Positions 39,695 to 48,459 of a stretch of DNA of 64,000 nucleotides are shown in pieces. Under the pieces are notes generated by a model that worked only from the letters and a program-made list of their open reading frames with translations, was not told where the DNA came from and did no database searches. Every line of letters begins with the position of its first letter. The first letter of the stretch is position 1. The position numbers and the translations under genes are program-made. This DNA is from Elusimicrobiota bacterium. GTDB taxonomy: Bacteria; Elusimicrobiota; Endomicrobiia; Endomicrobiales; JBDRNC01. The stretch covers positions 21,283 to 85,282 of the forward strand of contig JBDRNC010000027.1 in NCBI GenBank assembly GCA_043811535.1. Direction: 5' to 3'.

Positions 39695-40209
39695 TTGTAG
39701 TTTCGCATTACGGTTTTTACGTACCGGCGCGTTTCATCGTAAGGGATGTCGCTTATCTCGACCTCAAGCATGGGATTCTTCTTGTACCATATCTGAACCT
39801 TGCTTTTTCCGGCGTTATAGGCCGCCAGCGCGAGAACGTTGTTGTTGCGGAATTCTTTCCTGAGTTCCGCCAGATAATATACCCCGAATTGTATGTTGAT
39901 ATCGGGATTCTCTAGGTCCGAGGGTTTGTAATCCGTGAAATTCAGCGCTTTGGCGACCTCTTCCGCCGTTGACGGCATCAGTTGCATGAGCCCGGCGGCG
40001 CCCGTGCTGGATTTCGCGCTCTTTGAGAAATTGGACTCCGCTTTAATGACCGCTATCACCAGCAGAGGGTCAACCCCGTATTTCCGGGAGTAGGTGTTCA
40101 CGGTGTCTTTCAGAAAAACGGGTCCGAGCACCGTCCACGGGAACTCAAAATACAGGAGCGATGCCGCGAAAACGACAAGCGCCAGAAAGAGTATAAGGGG
40201 TTTTTTCAT
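39640..40209 (-). CDS. Lytic transglycosylase (SLT domain)
   Basis: Motifs IKAESNF, GAAGLMQLMP, ALAAYNAG and ETRRYV. Confidence 0.94.
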   Translation of the reverse strand: MKKPLILFLALVVFAASLLYFEFPWTVLGPVFLKDTVNTYSRKYGVDPLLVIAVIKAESNFSKSAKSSTGAAGLMQLMPSTAEEVAKALNFTDYKPSDLENPDINIQFGVYYLAELRKEFRNNNVLALAAYNAGKSKVQIWYKKNPMLEVEISDIPYDETRRYVKTVMRNYKWLKWIQNLRNLIRKKTP

Positions 40210-40220
40210 GTATTTTTTTA

Positions 40221-40300
40221 CCTTCTCCTTCCCCCTTTATGGGGGAAGGTTGGGATGGGGGTCCTCCCCACCCTCCCCCTCCCCTACCAGAGGGGAGGGC
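40221..40300. repeat. Purine/pyrimidine-tract palindromic element
   Basis: Hairpins CCTTCCCCC-tttat-GGGGGAAGG and CCCTCCCCT-accag-AGGGGAGGG. Confidence 0.7.
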
Positions 40301-40320
40301 AAATGTAATACTGCTTATTG

Positions 40321-41661
40321 CTAAACTTCCGTACCGGATAATGAGTTTATTTTCCCGGAGATAATCCTGACCAGGGCTGTCTCCCCCGCTGATTTTTTGT
40401 CGGATGGAAAATACACCTTCTTATTCGTCCTCGTCATCCCGGAGCAAATCCCGTCGCGGATTTCCTCCACAAGGACTTCCCAAACGGTGCCTATCAGTTT
40501 AGCATTTTTTTCAACCGAAATTTTATTCGCCGTTTCAAGAATTTCCGCGTGGCGCTTTTCCTTTGTTTCTCTGGGCACGTTATCCTTGAGCTTATCTGCT
40601 TCCGTGCCCGGCCGCGGCGAGTATTTGAACGCGAAAAGGAAGTCAAACCTGATTTTCTTTACCATGGCGAGCGTTTTTTTGAAGTCCGCTTCGGTCTCTC
40701 CGGGGAAACCTATCAGAATATCGGTAGTTACGCCGCCTTCAGGCATTTTTGAGCGGAAATCCTTTATTATATCCAGGTAATCCCCGGCGGTGTATCCGCG
40801 GTTCATCAGTTTAAGTATTTTATCGGAACCCGACTGCAGCGGCAGGTGCAGGTGTTCGCAAACCTTGTCCAGCTTGTTCATCGCGCTGACAAGCCTGCTT
40901 CCCGAATCTTTAGGGTGGCTTGTCATGAACCGTATCCGTTCAATGCCTTCTATGCCGTTTACCATTTCCAGCAGGCCGGTAAAGTCAGTTGTTTTTTTCT
41001 TTAAACATGTAACATTTAACATTAAACAGTCTTTATAGCTATTGACGTTTTGTCCCAGCAGCGTCACTTCCTTGACGCCCCGCCCGGCAAGATGCGTTAT
41101 TTCTTCGATTATCTCGCCGGCCGGCCTGGAGATTTCCTTGCCGCGCACGTAAGGAACGATGCAGTACGAACAGAAATTTTCGCACCCGCGCATGATTGTG
41201 ACAAAAGCAGAAACATCGGAAGACGGAAGACGGCGACTACCACTATATTGATTATGGAGTCCCGATGAATAATCGGGATTGACGGGAGACGGATTTATTA
41301 GTTTACTTCCCAGAATTTTTGCAAGTATTTGCGGGAATTGATCTATGCTTTTGGCGCCGATGACCTCGTCCACCATCTGGAAGCGGCTCTTCATGTTTTT
41401 TCCCAGCCGCTCGGCGGCGCACCCGGCAAAGACTATCTTTAGCTTCGGATTTCTTTTTTTAAGCGGTTTGAGGCGCCCCACATAAGAAAGCGCCCTGTGT
41501 TCGGCGTGGTCGCGGACGGAACAGGTGTTTACGACAATGATATCGGCTTCCTTCAGGTCTTGGGCGGGCTGCATCCCGAGGCCGGCGAGCGCGTCCGCCA
41601 TGAAATCCGAATCCGCGATATTCATCTGACAGCCGAAGGTTTTTATATAGTATTTTTCCAT
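40321..41661 (-). CDS. miaB: tRNA-2-methylthio-N6-dimethylallyladenosine synthase
   Basis: TFGCQMN, NTCSVR, CENFCSYCIVP radical-SAM motif, TRAM tail. Confidence 0.96.
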   Translation of the reverse strand: MEKYYIKTFGCQMNIADSDFMADALAGLGMQPAQDLKEADIIVVNTCSVRDHAEHRALSYVGRLKPLKKRNPKLKIVFAGCAAERLGKNMKSRFQMVDEVIGAKSIDQFPQILAKILGSKLINPSPVNPDYSSGLHNQYSGSRRLPSSDVSAFVTIMRGCENFCSYCIVPYVRGKEISRPAGEIIEEITHLAGRGVKEVTLLGQNVNSYKDCLMLNVTCLKKKTTDFTGLLEMVNGIEGIERIRFMTSHPKDSGSRLVSAMNKLDKVCEHLHLPLQSGSDKILKLMNRGYTAGDYLDIIKDFRSKMPEGGVTTDILIGFPGETEADFKKTLAMVKKIRFDFLFAFKYSPRPGTEADKLKDNVPRETKEKRHAEILETANKISVEKNAKLIGTVWEVLVEEIRDGICSGMTRTNKKVYFPSDKKSAGETALVRIISGKINSLSGTEV

Positions 41662-41672
41662 TCTATTTTTTT

Positions 41673-41720
41673 AAAGGGGACGGTTCTATTTTTTACTTAA
41701 AAAATAGAACCGTCCCCTTT
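41673..41720. repeat. REP-like AAAGGGGACGGTTCTATTTTTTA inverted pair
   Basis: Perfect 23-bp arms overlapping a stop codon. Confidence 0.9.
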
Positions 41721-43220
41721 ACCCAGTTTATAGACCGCCAGCGGCCCGCTCTTGAACAAAAACTGTTTCTTGAAAGGCGTTTCGATTTCCGGATAGAATG
41801 TGTTGGAAAGCAGGTACTTCCCGCTTGCCATCCCCGGATTTGCGGCGAATTGCCTGTTATTAACATACAGAAGATAAGCGTAGCCCAGCAGGTGGACCTG
41901 AGGGTTTTCGTTGGTGGTGATGTATATTTGAGGCGACGCGCTGTTACCAATAATAAAGCGGACGGCTTCTTTCTGGCATCTGAAAGCGATGCCGTAGCTG
42001 TCGCTGAACCCCCCGAAAGCGTTCAAATAGCGGGAAAAATCAAAGAGCACAAGGTGCTGGACCAAAATTATCGCCGCGAAGAAAAGCATCGTGAAATAGC
42101 GGGCCGCCGCCGGGGCCTTGTTTTTTATAAGTTCCCCAAATCCTGCGATACCCATGACCGGAATAAGGAACTGAAGCGGGTAGATAGCGGCGAAATACTG
42201 GAAGGCGTTAAGGAAGGAAGACGAAATCAGGAACACAACCAGCGCGCTTGCCGTGATTATCAGGACAGCTTTCGCTTCGGCGTTTTTCCTGCGCATGAAC
42301 AGAACGATAAGGCCGGATAGGAAAAGAAGCGTGCTGATAATCCTGAAAAAATGGAAGAACCCGCTCATGCGGAGCCCGGCGAAGTCCGCGCCGCGGAAAT
42401 ACGTCTGAAAATGCCCCGTAATCAGCCACGAGGAGGCCTTTTCAAATATGGAGAATCCGCTCAGGATATTCCCGCCGCCCTGCATGACTCGCGATTGCAG
42501 GAAAGACGCCGCGGCGTAAATGTCGCGGAACCCGGTCTGCAGCAAGTGATACGCGTAAGGCAGGCAGGGAATCGCGGTTACCGCAATGAGCGGAAGTATG
42601 TCCTTTTTGCTGATATACGGCCAAAGCACGAACGCGAGCCCCGGCAGAAGCACCAGGACGACCGGCTGGATCTGGAGCGCGATAAAGTATAAAAGGGCCA
42701 GAAACCATATCTTTTTCCCGCCGGCGCCGTTTCTTACGATGGACAGCGTGAGATAAAGAACGGCGCAGATGATGACCGGAAGCAGGGAAAGCGCCTGTAT
42801 CTTGCGGCTGAAAACTACCGCGGGAGGCGAGCAGCATATCAGCAATGCCGTCATCAGCCCGGTTGTTTTCCCGAAAAATACTTCGCCTATCCGGTAGGCC
42901 AACAATATGCTCAGAAGATTTAACAGAACCACGAAACCCGCGTGCCAGAGCGGGTCGGAAGATAAAAGCGCGGGTATCGCGATGGAATACGGCCCGAAAG
43001 GCGGCAGCGGTATGCCGAGGCTTGAATCGTTCCCCGCGGTCACGAAGTTATGGCCGACGGTTATTTCGCTCGACAGGTATGACAGGTAGGCCTCGTCATG
43101 CTGGAACTGCATCAGGCCGATATCATAAAAACGCAGGAATCCCGCGTACGCGAGCAGGAACAAAAGGACTGCGTTTTTCAAATTAAACACAGGAAATCGC
43201 AATAACTCATTGAGCCGCAT
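41697..43220 (-). CDS. GT-C fold (ArnT/PMT-like) membrane glycosyltransferase
   Basis: LRF...F..DE motif after TM1, PP motif, many TM helices. Confidence 0.75.
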   Translation of the reverse strand: MRLNELLRFPVFNLKNAVLLFLLAYAGFLRFYDIGLMQFQHDEAYLSYLSSEITVGHNFVTAGNDSSLGIPLPPFGPYSIAIPALLSSDPLWHAGFVVLLNLLSILLAYRIGEVFFGKTTGLMTALLICCSPPAVVFSRKIQALSLLPVIICAVLYLTLSIVRNGAGGKKIWFLALLYFIALQIQPVVLVLLPGLAFVLWPYISKKDILPLIAVTAIPCLPYAYHLLQTGFRDIYAAASFLQSRVMQGGGNILSGFSIFEKASSWLITGHFQTYFRGADFAGLRMSGFFHFFRIISTLLFLSGLIVLFMRRKNAEAKAVLIITASALVVFLISSSFLNAFQYFAAIYPLQFLIPVMGIAGFGELIKNKAPAAARYFTMLFFAAIILVQHLVLFDFSRYLNAFGGFSDSYGIAFRCQKEAVRFIIGNSASPQIYITTNENPQVHLLGYAYLLYVNNRQFAANPGMASGKYLLSNTFYPEIETPFKKQFLFKSGPLAVYKLGKGDGSIF

Positions 43221-43235
43221 GACAGTGATTATACC

Positions 43236-43316
43236 AAAAAAAAGGGGACGGTTCTATTTTTTAAAAAAGGGGACGGTTCTATTTTTTACCTAAAAAATAG
43301 AACCGTCCCCTTTTTT
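43236..43316. repeat. REP-like GGGGACGGTTCTATTTT, two direct copies plus one inverted
   Basis: Directly visible. Other copies at 62809-62865; degenerate copies at 44998-45041, 47497-47522 and 32211-32229. Confidence 0.9.
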
Positions 43317-44978
43317 GCTTCCGGTTATGGAACGGACATTAGCCCTGTTTTTAAGGGCCTCGGAAAGGGACGGGTCAAGTTCCAGCGCGGCGTCGAAATC
43401 CGCCAGGGCCTCGCGGTAAAGGCCGGTCCTGGCATAGGCAACCCCGCGGTTATTCAGGCACTGCGCCTGGCGGGGCTCAATTTTTAATGATGCCGTGTAA
43501 TCGGAAACCGCGCGCGTGTAATCGCCCGCGGCCGAGTAGACGCGTCCCCTGTTATAGTATGCCTGGGCATGGGAAGGATCAAGCTTTATCGCGAGCGAAT
43601 AGTCATCCACGGCTTTTTTGCGTTCCCCCAGCGACATATACAGGTTCCCGCGGCTGACATAAGCCTGCGCGAACCCGGGATTCAGCCGCAGCGCGTTTTC
43701 ATAATCCGCAAACGCGCCGCGGTAGTTATTGATTTCCGCGCAGGCATCGGCCCTCCACCGGTATGCCGCGGCAAAAGCCGGATAACTCTTTACCGTGCTG
43801 TCCCACAGGCTCAAACTGTTGTTCCAAATTTTAGTTCTTGCGTGCGTCATTGCCCCCAGCGCGCTTATGTATAGCGCCAGGCCCGCCGCAAGAAAAATAC
43901 GGGTACGCGTGCCTGTTTTTTGAAAAAAGCTTTTAACCGCCGTGCCGAGCGCGAAAAACAATCCCAGAAGCGGAATATACGTGTAGCGGTCTCCGTGAAC
44001 GCCCTGGCCCACGGGCACAAGCTGCAGAACAGGCGCGATTGTTACAAGGAAAAATATTATCCCGAAAAGCAGTCTTTTATCCCTGATTCTTTTTGAAATG
44101 ACAGAAGCAAATATGAGGCATGCGATGAAAGAAGAGACAAGCATCCATTCCGGGGTGTTGTCCGCCCTGAAAGGATAAATGACCGAAAGCCCGACAGGTA
44201 GAAGCGTTTTGCCCAGGTAGAAAATTATGCCGTACAGCGAGAACCCCGCTCTTGCGAAAATACCGGGCAGCTGGCCGGTGTCCGCGGTTTTTCCCGTATA
44301 GTGGGTGGCTAAGGCGAGAATCCCGAAAATCAGCGCGAGCAGAAAGAAAGGTATTTTTTCGCTGATATTGCGCCTGTCCGGTTTTCTGCCTGACAGATAA
44401 TCAATAAGAAACAGGACGAGCGGAAGCGTTATCGCCATCGGTTTTGAGAAAAGGGACAGCAGAAAGGAGAAAAGGCAGGCAATGTAATATTTTTTTTCGC
44501 CGTTTTTCGCGTAAATAGAATATGTTATCAGGCCTGTAAGGAAGAAAAACGCGTAAAGCAGGTCTTTACGGCCGGTAATCCAGGCGACGCTCTCCACGTG
44601 AAGCGGGTGAATGCCGAAAAGCGCGGCGGAAAACAGCGAAACGAACAGGGAGCCGGACAAAAGATAAACAAGAAGAAAGGCGAGAATAACGTTCAGAGCG
44701 TGAATAACAAGGTTCGTGGCATGATACACCCGCGGGTCCATGCCGCCAAAATGGTGCTCAATCATATACGACAAAGATACAAGCGGGTTGTAAAGCGAAG
44801 CGTTGACTGAAAACAATACATGCCTGACATTTTCAAGAGAGAGCTTGTGGACGCTCTTGTATTCTACGAGCATCACGCCGTCGTCTATATTGACGAACCC
44901 GTTCCTGGCGACGGGGATGAATACGGCTGTCACCGCCAATACCAGCAGTAAAATGGGGAGGATTATTTTAGCGCGCAT
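43290..44978 (-). CDS. TMTC-like O-mannosyltransferase (GT-C plus TPRs)
   Basis: Motifs FVNIDD, YNPL, HPLHVESVAWI.GRKD and DRYTYIP, then TPRs. Confidence 0.85.
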   Translation of the reverse strand: MRAKIILPILLLVLAVTAVFIPVARNGFVNIDDGVMLVEYKSVHKLSLENVRHVLFSVNASLYNPLVSLSYMIEHHFGGMDPRVYHATNLVIHALNVILAFLLVYLLSGSLFVSLFSAALFGIHPLHVESVAWITGRKDLLYAFFFLTGLITYSIYAKNGEKKYYIACLFSFLLSLFSKPMAITLPLVLFLIDYLSGRKPDRRNISEKIPFFLLALIFGILALATHYTGKTADTGQLPGIFARAGFSLYGIIFYLGKTLLPVGLSVIYPFRADNTPEWMLVSSFIACLIFASVISKRIRDKRLLFGIIFFLVTIAPVLQLVPVGQGVHGDRYTYIPLLGLFFALGTAVKSFFQKTGTRTRIFLAAGLALYISALGAMTHARTKIWNNSLSLWDSTVKSYPAFAAAYRWRADACAEINNYRGAFADYENALRLNPGFAQAYVSRGNLYMSLGERKKAVDDYSLAIKLDPSHAQAYYNRGRVYSAAGDYTRAVSDYTASLKIEPRQAQCLNNRGVAYARTGLYREALADFDAALELDPSLSEALKNRANVRSITGSKKGDGSIF

Positions 44979-45047
44979 AAGTAAACCGGACAGAAAACAA
45001 GGGCGGTTTCATTTTTCAACTGAAAAATAAAAACGCCCCTTATATTC

Positions 45048-45119
45048 ATCCGCCTTCGCTATACGTGCCATCAATAAACATGGCTATTCGCCATATTGAT
45101 GGCACAGCTTCGGTGGATA
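45048..45119. repeat. Nested palindrome TCCGCCTTCGCT[GTGCCATCAATA...TATTGATGGCAC]AGCTTCGGTGGA
   Basis: Outer family shared with 9622-9696, 9841-9877 and 24304-24349. Confidence 0.75.
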
Positions 45120-45156
45120 TCGCAAAAGAATTCAAAGAAACAACAGTCATTGGTGC

Positions 45157-46395
45157 TCATTTAAGTTTTTTGCGTTTCGGTACGTACTGAATGATTTCGG
45201 TCGGCAGGCCGATCTTGTCCAGAAGTTCAATGAAGGGATCCGGGTCCAGTTCTTCTACGTTTACCATTTTACTAACGTCCCAGACGCCCTTGGCGACAAG
45301 CATCGCCGCGGCTACCGGCGGCACGCCGGCTGTATAACTTATGGCCTGCGACTCCACTTCCTTATAGCAATTCTTGTGGTCGCAGGAGTTATATATGAAA
45401 ATTTCGCGTTTCTTGCCGTCCTGCTTCCCCTTTATCAGGTTGCCGATGCAGGTTTTGCCTGTGTAGTCCGGCGCCAGGGATTTCGGGTCGGGAAGAATGG
45501 CCTTAACCACTTTCAGCGGGATCACATCCCTGCCGTCGTCCAATTTTATGGGTTTTTCGGAAAGAAGCCCGATGTTCCTCAAAACGTTGTAGCAGTTGAT
45601 GTAGTGGTCGCCGAAACCCATCCAGAACCGTATGCTGTTCGCGTTTATGTTTTTGGAAAGCGAATGCAACTCGTCGTGCCCGTTGAGGTAGATTGGCTGT
45701 TTGCCGACAACCGGGAAGTTGTATATCCATTTATCCGTGTGGCAGGGCTTGCAGACCCACTTGCGGTCTATCCAGGTCCAGACCTTGACGAACTCGCGCA
45801 GGTTTATTTCGGGGTCGAAATTCGTGGCGAAATATTTCCCGTGGCTCCCGGCGTTTACGTCCAGGATGTCTATAGTGTCTATCTTGTCAAAGTAATGCTT
45901 GACGCCGAGCGCGCAGTAGGCGTTGACCACGCCCGGGTCGAAACCCACGCCGAGTATCGCGGTTATCCCCTTTTTGGCGCAGCGGTCCCTGCGTTTCCAC
46001 TCGTAATTGGCGTACCAGGGCGGGTCCTCGCAGACCTTGGCCGGGTCTTCGTGTATCGCCGTGTCCATGTACACGACGCCGGCTTCTATGCACGCTTCCA
46101 GCACCGACATGTTTATGAATGCGAGCCCGAGATTAATGACTATCTGCGATTTCGTTTGCTTTATCAGTTTCACCATGGACTTGACGTCCATCGCGTCAAC
46201 CCGCCTGGAATAAAGTTTTTTTGTTTTGTCTTTGAGGTTATTTTTCCTGCGGATACTCTCAATGATATCGTCGCACTTTTTCTGCGTGCGCGAAGCAATG
46301 CAGATATCACCGAGCACGTCATTGTGCTGGGCGCATTTATGCGCCGCCACATGCGCGACGCCGCCTGCCCCTACGATTAGTACGTTCTGTTTCAT
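45157..46395 (-). CDS. Carboxy(nor)spermidine dehydrogenase (saccharopine-dehydrogenase family)
   Basis: Motifs GAGGVA, GFDPGV, FATNFDPEINLRE and SYTAGVP. Adjacent to nspC. Confidence 0.92.
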   Translation of the reverse strand: MKQNVLIVGAGGVAHVAAHKCAQHNDVLGDICIASRTQKKCDDIIESIRRKNNLKDKTKKLYSRRVDAMDVKSMVKLIKQTKSQIVINLGLAFINMSVLEACIEAGVVYMDTAIHEDPAKVCEDPPWYANYEWKRRDRCAKKGITAILGVGFDPGVVNAYCALGVKHYFDKIDTIDILDVNAGSHGKYFATNFDPEINLREFVKVWTWIDRKWVCKPCHTDKWIYNFPVVGKQPIYLNGHDELHSLSKNINANSIRFWMGFGDHYINCYNVLRNIGLLSEKPIKLDDGRDVIPLKVVKAILPDPKSLAPDYTGKTCIGNLIKGKQDGKKREIFIYNSCDHKNCYKEVESQAISYTAGVPPVAAAMLVAKGVWDVSKMVNVEELDPDPFIELLDKIGLPTEIIQYVPKRKKLK

Positions 46396-46404
46396 GGTGG
46401 ACTC

Positions 46405-47565
46405 CTATGAAAGGTTCTTTATAAAATCATTATAACTAAATCTGCGGACAACGTCCAATTTTCCGTTAAGCCTTTTCACGGCAATGGACGGCATCTGAAG
46501 GCCGTTGAACCAGTTTTTCTTTACCATCGTATAACCCGCCGCGTCAGCGATGCGGATAACGCTTCCCGCGCGCAGGCGCGACTTGAATTTATATATCCCG
46601 AAAATATCCCCGGCAAGGCAAGAACGCCCCGCAATCATGTACTTGAAATTCCCTTTTCCGGCGCCGTCAATTTTGGCTGGCGTCCGGTAAACAAGCAAAT
46701 CCAGCATGTGCGCTTCGGTGGAAGCGTCCACGACGGCAACGTCCATCTCGTTATGGACGACGTCCATTACAGTCGTCACGAGCTCGGCCGAGCGCGTGAT
46801 GGATGATTCGCCCGGCTCAAGATAGACCTGCACCCCGAAACGCCTGCTGAAATCTTTTAATTTCGCGCAGAACCTGTCTACCGGGTATCCGTGTTTGGTG
46901 AAATAAAGCCCTCCGCCCAGACTGACCCACTCAAGTTTTCTTAAAATACCGCCGTACGCGCGCCCGATAAAATCAAGCGTCCGGGAAAAATTCGCGAAGT
47001 TATCGTTCTCGCAGTTAAAGTGGAACATCACCCCGCTTATCTTCGGGAGCGCTTTTTGCAATTCTTTTTTATCCGTGACGCCCAAACGCGAATATCTCCG
47101 CGCCGGGTCGGCAAGGTCAAAATGCGAGTAACTTATCTTTGGGTTGACGCGCAGCCCGATTTTCAGGCCCTTAACATCCTTGTAAAAGGAATTAAGCTGC
47201 GAAACCGAATTAAAAATAATCTTGTCAGCGAACTTTCTTACGGCGCGCACGTCCTCTTTTGAAAAACCCACGCAGTAGGCGTGCGTTTCCCCGCCAAATT
47301 TTTCGCGCCCCAGGCGCGCTTCGTAAAGCGAACTGCTCGTCGTCCCGTCCATGTACTTCTTCATCAGGCCGAAAACACCCCAAGTGGAAAAGCATTTCAG
47401 CGCCAGCACCGATTTCGCGCCCGAATGTTCCCTGACATATTTGATTATTTTCAGGTTTTTGAGCAGCTTGCGTTCGTCGATAAGATAATATGGCGTAAAA
47501 ATAGGACGGCTCCCTTTTTTTTCAAAAGAATGCCGTCTTCTTTTTAAGGCCCTCGTCATTTTCAC
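46405..47565 (-). CDS. nspC: Carboxynorspermidine decarboxylase
   Basis: Motifs TPYYLIDE, LALKCFS, SSLYEARLG, YLEPGE and SCLAGDIFG. Confidence 0.94.
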   Translation of the reverse strand: MKMTRALKRRRHSFEKKGSRPIFTPYYLIDERKLLKNLKIIKYVREHSGAKSVLALKCFSTWGVFGLMKKYMDGTTSSSLYEARLGREKFGGETHAYCVGFSKEDVRAVRKFADKIIFNSVSQLNSFYKDVKGLKIGLRVNPKISYSHFDLADPARRYSRLGVTDKKELQKALPKISGVMFHFNCENDNFANFSRTLDFIGRAYGGILRKLEWVSLGGGLYFTKHGYPVDRFCAKLKDFSRRFGVQVYLEPGESSITRSAELVTTVMDVVHNEMDVAVVDASTEAHMLDLLVYRTPAKIDGAGKGNFKYMIAGRSCLAGDIFGIYKFKSRLRAGSVIRIADAAGYTMVKKNWFNGLQMPSIAVKRLNGKLDVVRRFSYNDFIKNLS

Positions 47566-47606
47566 TTAACCTCGCTTGAGATAAAAATATTTTTAGTCAA
47601 CGATTA

Positions 47607-47635
47607 AGTGTATAAAATAAACCATTTTCTGTCAA
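47607..47635 (-). promoter_or_regulatory. Probable sigma-70 promoter of nspC
   Basis: TTGACA-17 nt-TACACT. Confidence 0.6.
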
Positions 47636-47798
47636 TGTTTAACAACAGCAATTAGCGATTAGCGATTGGCAATTAGTGAATAGGGGTTAAAAACGGATGT
47701 AACCCATGAACGGCTTAATGGGGGTTAAACGACAAAGAATAGATTATTCTGCCATCCCCGTGCCATCGGGGAAGGCCTACTCTTTAAGATGGCAGAAA

Positions 47799-47869
47799 AC
47801 TTGAAGTCGCAATTTGCGACTTCAAGTATTTCAAGGTCATAACTTGATATTCCATTTTGGAATATCAAG
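47799..47869. repeat. Two ORF6N-motif palindromic cassettes
   Basis: ACTTGAAGTCGCAA-T-TTGCGACTTCAAGT (47799-47827) and CTTGATATTCCA-TTT-TGGAATATCAAG (47843-47869). Confidence 0.85.
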
Positions 47870-47893
47870 AAGTTCTTGAAGGCGTACGACAAT

Positions 47894-48427
47894 TCATTTT
47901 TTGAATCCTATTTTGCGCATCCGTTTTGCCGGAACAGCTAGTAGTTGACGCAGGGCGTCAAATAATGTCTTAATCCCCTCGTCGTGTCCTTCAATCCTTC
48001 TTTCCATTTCCTCCAACTTCAACATGACTTCCTTTTGGTTTGACAGCATTTCACGGAGTTTGACAAATGTATCGATTATCAAAACACTGACTTTAATGGC
48101 TTGCTCAGAATTAAGCACGGCAGAAAGCATTGAAACGCCATGTTCAGTAAATGCGTATGGCCGATATTTGATATTTTGCCCTTTCTTCAAGGTCGCATTT
48201 TGCGACCTTAGACTTTTTGTTTCCCCCCAACTCAGTTGAAACATATATCTTTCCGGGAATCTTTGCGGATTTCGTCTAACCTGCTCGTTCAGCCTTTTAG
48301 TCGGAACTCCGTAAAGCTCGGAAAGGTCATAATCCAGCATGACCCTTTTACCCCTGATAAGAAAGATTTTCTGCTCCAGCGAAGATGAAACTATAGGCAG
48401 GCACTGCTTAGGCAGGTTTCCGGCCAT
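47894..48427 (-). CDS. ORF6N-domain DNA-binding protein
   Basis: Motif IRGKRVMLDYDLSELYGV.TKRLNEQVRRN..RFP..YMFQL...LRSQNATL...PYAFTEHGVSMLSAVLNS, ending KIGF. Confidence 0.93.
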   Translation of the reverse strand: MAGNLPKQCLPIVSSSLEQKIFLIRGKRVMLDYDLSELYGVPTKRLNEQVRRNPQRFPERYMFQLSWGETKSLRSQNATLKKGQNIKYRPYAFTEHGVSMLSAVLNSEQAIKVSVLIIDTFVKLREMLSNQKEVMLKLEEMERRIEGHDEGIKTLFDALRQLLAVPAKRMRKIGFKK

Positions 48428-48459
48428 TTATCCCCCAATTTCAAATATAATCGATCTAT

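Noticed and set aside
45376..46380. Long plus-strand ORFs (also 23252..24202, 15482..16138, 31192..31875, 32251..33084, 35521..36321)
   Set aside because: They are antisense shadows of well-supported minus-strand genes and show no recognisable motifs.
47894..48427. Prophage implied by ORF6N
   Set aside because: No integrase, structural or replication phage genes nearby.
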